A DNA stretch of 40,734 nt from Candidatus Woesearchaeota archaeon (GCA_964383885.1 CAYLHY010000001.1:1-40734), one strand, 5' to 3'; numbered from the stretch's first letter, positions 8,577-16,660 are shown. A program made the numbers and translations. The notes: generated by a model from the letters alone, not told the origin.

Positions 8577-9376
8577 TTTTCTAATTTCTCCTTTAGTTCT
8601 TTAATTGCTTGTTCAGTATAAAGTGTTAATCTTCCTAATCCTCCTTTTGCAAGATCCATTACACTTAATTTTTCAACTGGAACAATGTCAAAGGCATTAG
8701 TTTTTATTTTTTCTTTATTTCCTACAACAATTAACATTCCAAGATTTTTTTTGTATTTTCTTCCTCTTAATTTTCCTTTTCCTTTTCTTACTTGTTTTTT
8801 CTTTACAGCTATTTCAAAAAACTCCTTTCCTAAAATTTTTTTAATACTTGAGATAAGTTCCCTTGCTTTTAATCCAGTTAACTTAGATTCAACTACTAAA
8901 GGAAGACTAAAGGTAATTTTTTTATCTTTAAGACTTTCATATTTCTCTAAAATTTTTTCTGCATTAGCTGTAGCACTTAATGCGCTTTCAATTGCAATTT
9001 TCATTTCTTTTTTGTTTATTTTTTTTGTATTTATTTTTCCAAGAATCTTTGGACCATGAGCTCGTCTTCCTCCAACAGCATTAGGCACTTCAGCACCAAC
9101 CCATATAAACTGACTGCCTCTCCTTGAAAGTATTTTCCTTGGAATTCTTGACATTCCTCTTCCATATCCGCTTTTCCAGACATGCCTTCTATGAACAATA
9201 ATTCCGCTAGCAGAATGTTGCTTCCCTGCTACAGGAGAATTAGAGTAGGGTTGTTCTCTTTTTTTAGTTTCTAAAACTTTAGCTACTATGTCTTCTCTTA
9301 TTTTAGCAGAAAAGCTTTTAGGAAGAGTGATTTCTTCTTTTTCCTTTCCATCTATTTTAAGTATTTTAGTTTTCAT
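8573..9376 (-). CDS. rpl4: 50S ribosomal protein uL4
   Basis: PYSNSPVAGKQHSASGIIVHRRHVWKSGYGRGMSRIPRK...GGRRAHGPK is the archaeal L4 (L1e) signature. Confidence 0.9.
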   Translation of the reverse strand: MKTKILKIDGKEKEEITLPKSFSAKIREDIVAKVLETKKREQPYSNSPVAGKQHSASGIIVHRRHVWKSGYGRGMSRIPRKILSRRGSQFIWVGAEVPNAVGGRRAHGPKILGKINTKKINKKEMKIAIESALSATANAEKILEKYESLKDKKITFSLPLVVESKLTGLKARELISSIKKILGKEFFEIAVKKKQVRKGKGKLRGRKYKKNLGMLIVVGNKEKIKTNAFDIVPVEKLSVMDLAKGGLGRLTLYTEQAIKELKEKLEK

Positions 9377-9377
9377 T

Positions 9378-10322
9378 TTATTCTATTTTAATTAATTCAT
9401 AAGTTTTTTTTGAAGTTTTTTTGCTTTCTCTTAATGGAAAAGTTATTACTAATTGTCTTTTAGAAGGCCCTTGCACTGAACCTTTAACAACAATATAATC
9501 TGTTTTAATATCTCCGTAATTAGTAATGTTCTTGAATTTATCTTCTGCTTTTCCAATGTCAATAATTTTATTATTATAAACAACTCTTGTAAACATTCCT
9601 AATTGTCCTGCCATAGGAACTCTAAAAGTTACTCTCGCAGGATGCCATGGCCCGATGCTTCCAGGATTTCTTCTTCCTTTTTCTGATTTATGCTGTTTAA
9701 GACTTATTCCAAATCTTCTAACAGGCCCCTGAGTTCCTTTTCCTTTAGTTAATCCTCTTAAATCAACTAATTGATTATTTTCAAAAAAATCCTGAACATA
9801 AAGTTCTTTTCCTATATTTTCCTTGATAAAATTGATTTTCTCATCGAGACTTCCATTAAGCCCGATTTCTAATAAATCAGGAGTTTTCTTTAAATTGGTT
9901 TTATTTACAACAGAATATGCTATTATTGCAACATCATCATAATCTTCTAAATTAATTTTTTCAAATTCAATTTTTTTAGGTTTTTTTGGAATTTTTACTT
10001 TTCTTTTTAATTCCTTGCTTAAATTCTCTGCTAATATGTCTTTTGCAACTTTTTTATTTTTGTAGAATCTTACTGAAAATATCCTCATTGGAGGGCATTC
10101 AAGAATTGTAACAGGAATTGCAATTTCTTTTCCTTTAGTCATTGAATCAGGAGTATTGTCTTTAACTAATGCAGTTTTCATTCCTGCTTTATAGCAGATA
10201 AAACCCTTTAATGGTTTGCTAGAATTAATTGCATTCCAGTTCACTCTAGGCAAGAATTTACTTGCCCTTTTTCTGGGCCAAAACTGCAAGCTTCCTTTTC
10301 TTGGTGATTTTCTCGTAGGCAT
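9378..10322 (-). CDS. rpl3: 50S ribosomal protein uL3 (first gene of the operon)
   Basis: RKSPRKGSLQFWPRKRA...GFICYKAGMK...GLTKGKGTQGPVRRFG...GSIGPWHPARVTFRVPMAGQLG is the L3 signature. Confidence 0.92.
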   Translation of the reverse strand: MPTRKSPRKGSLQFWPRKRASKFLPRVNWNAINSSKPLKGFICYKAGMKTALVKDNTPDSMTKGKEIAIPVTILECPPMRIFSVRFYKNKKVAKDILAENLSKELKRKVKIPKKPKKIEFEKINLEDYDDVAIIAYSVVNKTNLKKTPDLLEIGLNGSLDEKINFIKENIGKELYVQDFFENNQLVDLRGLTKGKGTQGPVRRFGISLKQHKSEKGRRNPGSIGPWHPARVTFRVPMAGQLGMFTRVVYNNKIIDIGKAEDKFKNITNYGDIKTDYIVVKGSVQGPSKRQLVITFPLRESKKTSKKTYELIKIE

Positions 10323-10394
10323 TTCTTAGATTATTTGCTAGAGCGGAGAACATTTTAATTTCTTCCCTGGAATAATTTAGTGAGAAAAATAGGC

Positions 10395-10402
10395 TTTTTA
10401 AA
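10395..10402 (-). promoter_or_regulatory. Candidate TATA box of the rpl3-rps5 operon (leadered transcript)
   Basis: The minus strand reads CCTTTAAAAAGCC about 75 nt upstream of the rpl3 ATG. This implies a ~50 nt 5' UTR, unlike the leaderless genes elsewhere in the window. Confidence 0.35.
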
Positions 10403-10438
10403 GGTTTTTAATCTGCAAAAATCTGGTTTTTCTAAGTT

Positions 10439-11164
10439 CTAAGCCTCAAATTCAAATTCTTCTTTAATTTCCTGTTCATCAATCTTCCCCTCTCTAAGAA
10501 TTCTTCCTTTTCTTATTGCCTGCTCTCTTATTTTAGCAAAATCATTGCTTGATTTAAGGCTTTCTGGTATGATAATTTCATCAATGAAAAAAGTATGTTT
10601 AATTTCTGCGTTTTTAAAATCAGGTTTTTCAAAAATAAAACTTTCAGCTAAAGCAGAATCTGTTGTTTTTAATGTGCAGAAATCAGCTTTTGGTTTTTCA
10701 TCAGTTTTTTTCCCTGGTTTTCCAGATTTCGGAGATTTTGGCTTTATTTTTAGAGAAGTGTCATCAACAGAAAAACTTAATGCAAAAAAACTTCTTGGAC
10801 ACTCTTCTAAAAGATGTAAAATCTCTTTTCCAGTCATTTCAGTGTTGATTAAGAATCTTTTTACCCCTTGAAATTGTTTTACTTCTGCATTCATAAGTAT
10901 GTCCTTAAAAGCAGGCTCTTCTTTTAGATTTCTTGTTGAAATAATTGCACCTGTAACTTTAATTTTTTTATCACCTGCTTTTTTTGCAACTTCTTTTACA
11001 AGGTCATTTGCAAATTCATAACTAGTCCATATAGTGTAATTTTTTCCAGAATGCTTTGCTTTTATTAAAGCTCTGTCTCTAAACTCTCCTTTGCTGAATT
11101 TTTGAAACTGCACATGAACATCAGAATCTTTAATCTTGTCATATGCTTTTTTAATAAAGTTCAT
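10439..11164 (-). CDS. Hypothetical soluble protein (241 aa), family not recognised
   Basis: Clean ATG ORF with its own TATA 21 nt upstream. No TM segment and no motif I can name. Confidence 0.6.
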   Translation of the reverse strand: MNFIKKAYDKIKDSDVHVQFQKFSKGEFRDRALIKAKHSGKNYTIWTSYEFANDLVKEVAKKAGDKKIKVTGAIISTRNLKEEPAFKDILMNAEVKQFQGVKRFLINTEMTGKEILHLLEECPRSFFALSFSVDDTSLKIKPKSPKSGKPGKKTDEKPKADFCTLKTTDSALAESFIFEKPDFKNAEIKHTFFIDEIIIPESLKSSNDFAKIREQAIRKGRILREGKIDEQEIKEEFEFEA

Positions 11165-11185
11165 ACATAAATTTCTTTAATCTAA

Positions 11186-11193
11186 TTTATAAA
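11186..11193 (-). promoter_or_regulatory. TATA box (TTTATAAA) for the leaderless 10439-11164 gene
   Basis: Exact TTTATAAA with 21 nt between the box and the ATG at 11164. Confidence 0.55.
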
Positions 11194-11236
11194 TTTTTTC
11201 TAATTTATTAAAAAACAAATCTTTAAAGACAAAGCA

Positions 11237-11244
11237 TTTATAAA
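11237..11244 (+). promoter_or_regulatory. TATA box (TTTATAAA) for the leaderless AI-2E/deoA transcript
   Basis: Exact TTTATAAA with 21 nt between the box and the ATG at 11266. Confidence 0.55.
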
Positions 11245-11265
11245 TTTCTTTACCTTAAAACAATT

Positions 11266-12321
11266 ATGGATGAAAATTATTTTAATAAAATAATGACTGC
11301 AATTATATTAGTTACATTAGTAGCTTTGTCTTTCTTTTTGTTAAAACCTGTTTTGCTTTTTATTATTCTAGGAATAATTCTTGCTTTTATTTTCAACCCA
11401 ATTTATACATGGATTTATAAAAAAACAAAGATGAAAAATCTTTCAGTTATTCTTGTTTCTTTTTTCTTAATCTTTTTAATTATTACTCCTATCTGGCTTT
11501 TTACTCCAATAATAGTTGACCAGTCAATAAAAATTTATTTTGCAACTCAAAAAATGAATTTTGTTACTCCTTTAGAAGATTTTTTTCCTTCTTTGTTCGC
11601 TTCAAAAGAATTCTCTAATCAAGTAGGTTCAACAATTTATTCTTTTGTAAATAAAACAATTAATTCTATTATGGTGTCTTTTTCAAACATAATTATTAAT
11701 TTTCCAACTATCTTTCTGCAATTAATTGTTACTTTTTTTACTTTTTTCTTTGTTCTTAGGGATCAAGATAAGTTTATTGACTATATTAAAAGTCTTCTTC
11801 CTTTTTCAAAAGAAGTAGAAAAAAGAATATTTACTCAAACAAAAGAAATAACAATGTCTGTTCTTTACGGGCAGGTGGTTATAGGAATGTTGCAGGGATT
11901 AGTTGCAGGACTTGGTTTTTTTATTTTTAAAGTTCCTAATGCCTTATTTCTTACTATTTTCGCATGCTTGGCAGGAATATTTCCAATAATTGGAACAGCA
12001 ATTATCTGGCTTCCTGTTGTTATTTACCTTCTTATTAATTCATATAACATCTCTGCACTAGGAGTGGCTGTTTTTGGAATTTTAGCTTCTACTATTGATA
12101 ATATTTTAAAGCCTATTTTAGTAGCAAAAAAAACAAGCATGCCTGCATCTATAACTCTAATAAGCATGATAGGAGGATTCTTTTTATTCGGAGTTCTAGG
12201 TTTTATAATCGGTCCGTTAATTATTGCTTATTTACTGATAATTCTTGAAATTTACAGGAATAAAAGAGTTCCAGGAATTTTAACAAAAGAATCTCCGCAG
12301 ATTTTAAAAATAAATATTTAA
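11266..12321 (+). CDS. AI-2E family (PerM/UPF0118) membrane transporter
   Basis: Multi-TM protein. The region VLYGQVVIGMLQGLVAGLGFFIFKVPNALFLTIFACLAGIFPIIGTAIIWLPVVIYLL is typical of PF01594-type permeases. Confidence 0.8.
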   Translation: MDENYFNKIMTAIILVTLVALSFFLLKPVLLFIILGIILAFIFNPIYTWIYKKTKMKNLSVILVSFFLIFLIITPIWLFTPIIVDQSIKIYFATQKMNFVTPLEDFFPSLFASKEFSNQVGSTIYSFVNKTINSIMVSFSNIIINFPTIFLQLIVTFFTFFFVLRDQDKFIDYIKSLLPFSKEVEKRIFTQTKEITMSVLYGQVVIGMLQGLVAGLGFFIFKVPNALFLTIFACLAGIFPIIGTAIIWLPVVIYLLINSYNISALGVAVFGILASTIDNILKPILVAKKTSMPASITLISMIGGFFLFGVLGFIIGPLIIAYLLIILEIYRNKRVPGILTKESPQILKINI

Positions 12322-12323
12322 AG

Positions 12324-13820
12324 ATGAAATTAAAAATAAAAATTCTTAATTGGTCTGCAGGAATTCCTGTTGTGATGCTCAAGAAAAAAACAGCAGATAA
12401 AATAGGAGTTCACCCTCAAGATAGAATTCTCATTAAAGTAGACTCAAAAAAATTTACAACAATTGTTGATACAGTTGAGAAAGGATTATTAAAGGAAAAT
12501 GAACTTGCAGTAACTTCTGAAGTAGTAGATGTTCTTAAATTAAAAAAATCCCAATCAGTTGATATCGACCTTGCCCCAATACCTAAAAGTTTGGAATACA
12601 TAAAAAAGAAACTAAACAAAAAAAGATTTTCTGAAAAAGAAATTTTTGAAATAATTCAGGATATTGTTTCAAATTCTTTATCTGAAGCAGAAATAGCATT
12701 ATTCGTAGCATCTATGTTTAAGTATGGAATGACTCTAAAAGAAATAATTTATTTAATTAAAGCAATTCAAAAAACAGGAAAAAAATTATCTTTAAAAAAC
12801 AAATATGTTGTGGATAAGCATTCAATTGGAGGCATTCCAGGAAACAGAACAACTCCTATTATAGTGTCTATCTGCGCTTCAGCTGGATTGATTATGCCGA
12901 AAACTTCTTCTAGAGCTATAACAAGTGCAGCAGGAACAGCAGATGTTATTGAAACTATAGCAAAAGTTGATTTTTCAATGAAGGAATTAAAAAAAATTGT
13001 TAAAAAAACAAAAGCATGCATGATTTGGGGAGGGGGTTTAGGAATGGTTCCTGCAGATTCAAAAATAATAAGAGTTGAAAGGCAATTAAAAATAGATCCT
13101 GATGCTCAACTTCTTGCATCTATAATGGCAAAAAAACTTGCAGTTGGAAGCAGGTATATAGTAATAGATATTCCTTATGGGAAAACAGCAAAAGTAACAA
13201 AGCAAAAAGCATTAAACTTAAAGAAAAAATTTGAAAAAATTGGAAAACATTTCAAAAAAAAGCTAAAAGTGGTTCTTACAGACGGAAGCCAGCCAATGGG
13301 AACAGGAGTAGGCCCTGCCCTTGAATTAAAAGATGTTATTGAAGTTTTAAATCCTGAAAAACAAGGCCCTAAAGATTTAGAAAAAAAATCAATTCTTTTG
13401 TCTGGAATTCTTTTAGAACTTACAAAAAAAGCAAAACCAGGGCAGGGAAAAAAACTAGCAAAAGAATTACTTCAATCAGGAAAAGCATTTAAAAAATTCA
13501 AAGAAATAATAAAGGCTCAGAAAGGAAATATTTCTTTTATAGATTTTCCAGAAAAAATTCCTGAAGCTAAATTCAAAAAAACTCTTTACTCTTCTTTAAA
13601 AGGAAAAATTACAGAAATAGATAATAGAAAAATTAATTCTTTAGCAAGAATTGCAGGAGCTCCAAAAGATAAATACTCTGGTTTAAAAGTACATGTTTCA
13701 ATAAATGACAAAGTGAATGAAAAAACACCTTTATTAACTATTTATGCAGAAAGTTCTTCTAGATTAAAAGAAGCAGAAAAGTACTATAAGAAAAACTCTC
13801 CAATAATAATAAAACGTTAA
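12324..13820 (+). CDS. deoA: AMP phosphorylase / thymidine phosphorylase family (archaeal DeoA type)
   Basis: Archaeal-type N-terminal domain: LKIKILNWSAGIPVVMLKKKTADKIGVHPQDRI. Glycosyltransferase-family-3 core: DKHSIGGIPGNRTTPIIVSICASAGLIMPKTSSRAITSAAGTADVIE. Begins 2 nt after the permease stop. Confidence 0.85.
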   Translation: MKLKIKILNWSAGIPVVMLKKKTADKIGVHPQDRILIKVDSKKFTTIVDTVEKGLLKENELAVTSEVVDVLKLKKSQSVDIDLAPIPKSLEYIKKKLNKKRFSEKEIFEIIQDIVSNSLSEAEIALFVASMFKYGMTLKEIIYLIKAIQKTGKKLSLKNKYVVDKHSIGGIPGNRTTPIIVSICASAGLIMPKTSSRAITSAAGTADVIETIAKVDFSMKELKKIVKKTKACMIWGGGLGMVPADSKIIRVERQLKIDPDAQLLASIMAKKLAVGSRYIVIDIPYGKTAKVTKQKALNLKKKFEKIGKHFKKKLKVVLTDGSQPMGTGVGPALELKDVIEVLNPEKQGPKDLEKKSILLSGILLELTKKAKPGQGKKLAKELLQSGKAFKKFKEIIKAQKGNISFIDFPEKIPEAKFKKTLYSSLKGKITEIDNRKINSLARIAGAPKDKYSGLKVHVSINDKVNEKTPLLTIYAESSSRLKEAEKYYKKNSPIIIKR

Positions 13821-13877
13821 TCTTATCTTAATTTCACATTAATTCATTGTAAAAGTATCACAAAAGTATAACTAATT

Positions 13878-13885
13878 TTTTAAAT
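13878..13885 (+). promoter_or_regulatory. TATA-like box for the leaderless 13906 ORF
   Basis: TTTTAAAT with 20 nt before the ATG at 13906. Confidence 0.45.
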
Positions 13886-13905
13886 CTCTAAGATTTTTAA
13901 TTTAC

Positions 13906-14175
13906 ATGGTGGAGAATTTTAAAAGAAAACTAATAAATTATTTTAAAAAAAATCTCTCTAAAGGATATACTCCTGATTCTTTAAGATTCGCTTTAATGTC
14001 TCAAGGATACTCTCGAACAGCTGTAGATTCTGCCTTGGAGATAGCTAATAAAGAACTTGCAGAAAAAGCTCCTGTTTTAAAGGAAAAACCAATAATAAAA
14101 TACGAGATTATAGATGAACACAATAGGCCTATCAAAATTAAAAAACCTTGGTGGAAAAGGCTTTTTGGGCTTTGA
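13906..14175 (+). CDS. Hypothetical small protein (89 aa)
   Basis: ATG ORF with a correctly spaced TATA. No recognisable motif. Confidence 0.5.
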   Translation: MVENFKRKLINYFKKNLSKGYTPDSLRFALMSQGYSRTAVDSALEIANKELAEKAPVLKEKPIIKYEIIDEHNRPIKIKKPWWKRLFGL

Positions 14176-14215
14176 TGTTTTTGATTATTTCTTTATTAAA
14201 AAGCAACAGAAAGTT

Positions 14216-14223
14216 TTTTAATT
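14216..14223 (+). promoter_or_regulatory. Candidate TATA box for tRNA-Ser
   Basis: TTTTAATT ends 22 nt before tRNA position +1, the same spacing seen at leaderless mRNAs here. Confidence 0.35.
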
Positions 14224-14245
14224 GATTTTAATTCTTATAATGTAT

Positions 14246-14368
14246 GCCTCCGTCGCATAGTGGTATTGCACTCGGCTTGAGAGTGAAGCTTCGCTTCCTG
14301 CTCGCAACGAAGTTTCGTCACGAGACCGAGGCCCTTTGGGCTCGCAGGTTCGATTCCTGCCGGAGGCG
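14246..14368 (+). tRNA. tRNA-Ser(UGA) with a 43-nt intron at the canonical 37/38 site (intron about 14282-14324)
   Basis: Hand fold:
- acceptor GCCTCCG/CGGAGGC, discriminator G;
- D stem GCA/TGC;
- anticodon stem CTCGG/CCGAG, loop CT-TGA-GA after intron removal;
- long variable arm GCCCTTTGGGC (class II tRNA, consistent with Ser);
- T arm GCAGG-TTCGATT-CCTGC.
The intron forms a long hairpin, and two AG|A 3-nt bulges flank a 4-position central helix (bulge-helix-bulge). A GAGA duplication at both junctions leaves the exact cut ambiguous by a few nt. Confidence 0.85.
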
Positions 14369-14370
14369 TG

Positions 14371-16287
14371 TTATATTTCAAAAGCATCTAAAACTCTTGA
14401 ATCTGGGCTTAAAAGATATACATGGTCTTCTTTGAATCTTAATCCTCGATAAATTTTCTGCAGTAATTCTCTTCTTGCTTTATCCTTATAAAAATTCCAA
14501 TAATCTTTTGGGTTGGTTCTCTTCAAGATTTTCCAAAAAAGATCTTTTACATTTGGATTTGGATATTTTGTAAAAATTATGCTTCTGCATTTCTCTCCAG
14601 GAAAATCAACCCCTCTTGAAGTTTTTGTTGAAAAAAGAACATCTATTTTTCCAGATTTAAAATCCTCTATTGTTTTTTCATGATTTTTTTGCAGGTTTTT
14701 TAATTCCTCTCTTGTAATCAAGCTTTTTATTTGATATTCTTTTGCTTCTCTTTCACTTGGCAGATCACTAAATGCATTAATGTGAACTAAAGCTGGTTTT
14801 TTTGAAGTTTCTACGCATTTATTTAACGCAGTTAAGTATTCTTTTCTTGAAACTTTGTTGTTGGAGAAGTTTGCGTATCTGCAATCTTTTTCTAAACCAG
14901 TTCTAATAATTTCTATTTTTCCTGGAAACTCTGTTTCAGCTTGAATTATTTTGAATTTTTCAATTCCAAAAATATTTTTAAGGATGTATTCTGAATGAAG
15001 TGTTCCAGACATTAAAATAAGTATTTTATTGTTGTCTGCTAACTCCTTAAATCTTTTCGCAAGATTTGTTGTTACTATACTGACAAAAAGCGAATTATCT
15101 CTTTTTTTAAAGCAGACATATGCTTCATCTAATAATTCTTCAAAAATTTTCGCAGCTTCTTCAACTTCAATAAGATAACTCTCATCATCAATTTGAGATA
15201 AAAATTCAGGATTATTCAAAATAATTTTTAATATATCATACACTTTTGTATCCTTTAATAGAATTATTTCTTCTGATTCAGCTGCTTTTTTAATTTTTTC
15301 ATCTTTTTTAATGTCTTTTAATGCAGCACTTAATTCTTTAATGCAATCATCAAATTCTTCTCCGAATCCAACAGCATAAATCAAACTTTTTTGCAACCTA
15401 TCTAAATTAATTGTTTTTTGATTTGAAAAATTATCTAAAAAAACATCACACTCATCTATTATCTCTACTTCTGTAAGAGGTTTTCTATTTAATGAACTCT
15501 CAAGAAGATATTTAGCAGAATTAAAAACAATTATATCAGAATCAAGGTATGAATTAAATTGTTCATAAAATGTGCATCCTGGTTTTCCTTGATGAATTAC
15601 AAACTCTGTATTTTTTAATCCCTGATAAGTTTTCTTTCTTGAATCTGGAAAAAATTTCAATTCATATTCTTTTGGAACAACAGGGCTCCAATATTTACAG
15701 ACTCTAGCAATGCTGGCTCTTGTAACATCTTTTACATCAGAAAATTTAGAAAGGTCAATTTTTGGATTTTGTTTTAAATACTCTTTTATTTTCTTCCAAT
15801 TTTTTTCTTTAATTTCTATTTTACACGGCAAATCATAAACATCTGCAGATAACTTAATATCTGAATTTTCAAAGTCTTGTTTTTTATCTTCGTTATCAAA
15901 AATATCCAAAGTAGCGTTAATTTCTTTTTTTATTTTTGGAATTTTTCTTTCCTTGAGAAAAGGACACTCATGATTAATTCTGCCAGTAATTACACTAATC
16001 TTTAATTTATTGTTATTTTTTCCAAGAAGATACTTATCATTTTCATAGTCTTTTTTGTATTGGTTTTGAAGAGATTTTCCAGGAACAACAATAGAAGCTT
16101 TTCCAATTTCCTTTGCAATATTCAAGGCAATAGCGCTTTTTCCAGTTCCGCAAACTCCATGAATAAAAATAATTTTATGTCCTTCTTTTACAGCATCTAA
16201 AACCTCTTTTACAATATCTTCTTGAGTTTTTCCATTTGAAAAAGACAAGGGTTCTAGAAATTCTCCATTTTTATAAAGGCTCCACAT
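14371..16287 (-). CDS. SF2 helicase of the XPD/Rad3/DinG (DEAD_2 + Helicase_C_2) type
   Basis: Walker A HGVCGTGKS. Motif II IIDECD. Four Cys between them (HECPF, LPCK, RVCKYW, PGCTF), placed where XPD-family FeS-cluster ligands lie. C-terminal VLFSTKTSRGVDFPGEKCRSIIFTKYPNPN ... QKIYRGLRFKEDHVYLLSPDSRV resembles the Helicase_C_2 end. Confidence 0.65.
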   Translation of the reverse strand: MWSLYKNGEFLEPLSFSNGKTQEDIVKEVLDAVKEGHKIIFIHGVCGTGKSAIALNIAKEIGKASIVVPGKSLQNQYKKDYENDKYLLGKNNNKLKISVITGRINHECPFLKERKIPKIKKEINATLDIFDNEDKKQDFENSDIKLSADVYDLPCKIEIKEKNWKKIKEYLKQNPKIDLSKFSDVKDVTRASIARVCKYWSPVVPKEYELKFFPDSRKKTYQGLKNTEFVIHQGKPGCTFYEQFNSYLDSDIIVFNSAKYLLESSLNRKPLTEVEIIDECDVFLDNFSNQKTINLDRLQKSLIYAVGFGEEFDDCIKELSAALKDIKKDEKIKKAAESEEIILLKDTKVYDILKIILNNPEFLSQIDDESYLIEVEEAAKIFEELLDEAYVCFKKRDNSLFVSIVTTNLAKRFKELADNNKILILMSGTLHSEYILKNIFGIEKFKIIQAETEFPGKIEIIRTGLEKDCRYANFSNNKVSRKEYLTALNKCVETSKKPALVHINAFSDLPSEREAKEYQIKSLITREELKNLQKNHEKTIEDFKSGKIDVLFSTKTSRGVDFPGEKCRSIIFTKYPNPNVKDLFWKILKRTNPKDYWNFYKDKARRELLQKIYRGLRFKEDHVYLLSPDSRVLDAFEI

Positions 16288-16359
16288 TCTAATTATTAAT
16301 CTAACTTTTACAACTAAAAAAGTCTATTTTAGAACTGTCTGTTTGAAAATTAAAAAACT

Positions 16360-16659
16360 TTATCCAAATAAAGCAGACAGTCCTTCTGCTGCAGCTTCTT
16401 TTTTCTCCTCTTTAGGTTTCTCTTCTTTAGGCTTTTCCTCTGTTTTCTCTGCTCCGCCTGCTGCTCCTGTTGCTGGAGCAACTAAGCTTGCGCTTTCCAG
16501 CTCTTTTCCAATATCAACGCCTTTTAAACTAGCAACAAGAGATTTTATCTTGCTTTCATCTGCTTCTACTCCTGCAGCTGCAACAACTTTTTTTATGTTT
16601 TCTTCATTTACTTCTTTCCCTAATTTATGCAACAAAAGTGCGGCATATACATATTCCAT
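16360..16659 (-). CDS. rpl12: 50S ribosomal stalk protein P1 (archaeal L12)
   Basis: [50 protein letters not shown] ... [16 protein letters not shown], including the canonical stalk tail. ATG at 16659 follows GGAGAGG and lies 1 nt after the P0 stop. The track start at 16677 overlaps P0. Confidence 0.9.
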   Translation of the reverse strand: MEYVYAALLLHKLGKEVNEENIKKVVAAAGVEADESKIKSLVASLKGVDIGKELESASLVAPATGAAGGAEKTEEKPKEEKPKEEKKEAAAEGLSALFG

Positions 16660-16660
16660 T

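Noticed and set aside
246-9059. Numerous plus-strand ORFs antisense to the ribosomal protein genes, all Phe/Leu/Ser-rich. Examples: 246-431, 1196-1498, 1588-2118, 2177-2458, 2463-2780, 2925-3290, 3262-3567, 5297-5824, 6749-7216, 8685-9059.
   Set aside because: They mirror Lys/Glu/Asn-rich genes: AAA/GAA/AAT codons read as TTT/TTC/ATT on the other strand. They have no TATA or SD context, and each overlaps a securely identified r-protein gene almost completely. This is a typical AT-rich antisense artefact.
12416-13021. Minus-strand ORFs inside deoA (12416-12619, 12767-13021). Similar internal or antisense ORFs occur elsewhere: 17614-17847, 19089-19397, 19703-20047, 22085-22276, 22349-22705, 23041-23550, 23632-23844, 24791-25221, 26983-27234, 28485-28742, 28869-29243, 30844-31041, 33253-33629, 34383-34601, 35172-35360, 37107-37379, 38340-38552, 39562-39780.
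   Set aside because: Each is fully embedded in, or antisense to, a longer ORF that has recognisable motifs or coherent signal/TM architecture. None has independent promoter or SD support.
13878-13905. About 30-nt similarity between the promoter region of the 13906 ORF (TTTTTTAAATCTCTAAGATTTTTAATTTA) and the region upstream of tRNA-Pro (25731-25760, TTTTATAAATTCTCTAAGATTTCTAAATTA). It includes an exact 12-mer, TCTCTAAGATTT.
   Set aside because: In 40 kb of such AT-rich DNA, exact 12-mer coincidences are expected many times by chance. Much of the remaining identity is generic TATA/A+T sequence. I could not establish significance without a genome-wide motif count.
14369-14445. Possibility that tRNA-Ser marks an integration site of a mobile element carrying the helicase.
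   Set aside because: I saw no integrase or recombinase and no direct repeat of the tRNA 3' end elsewhere in the window. The flanking genes (rpl12 operon, deoA) are core genes with the same composition.
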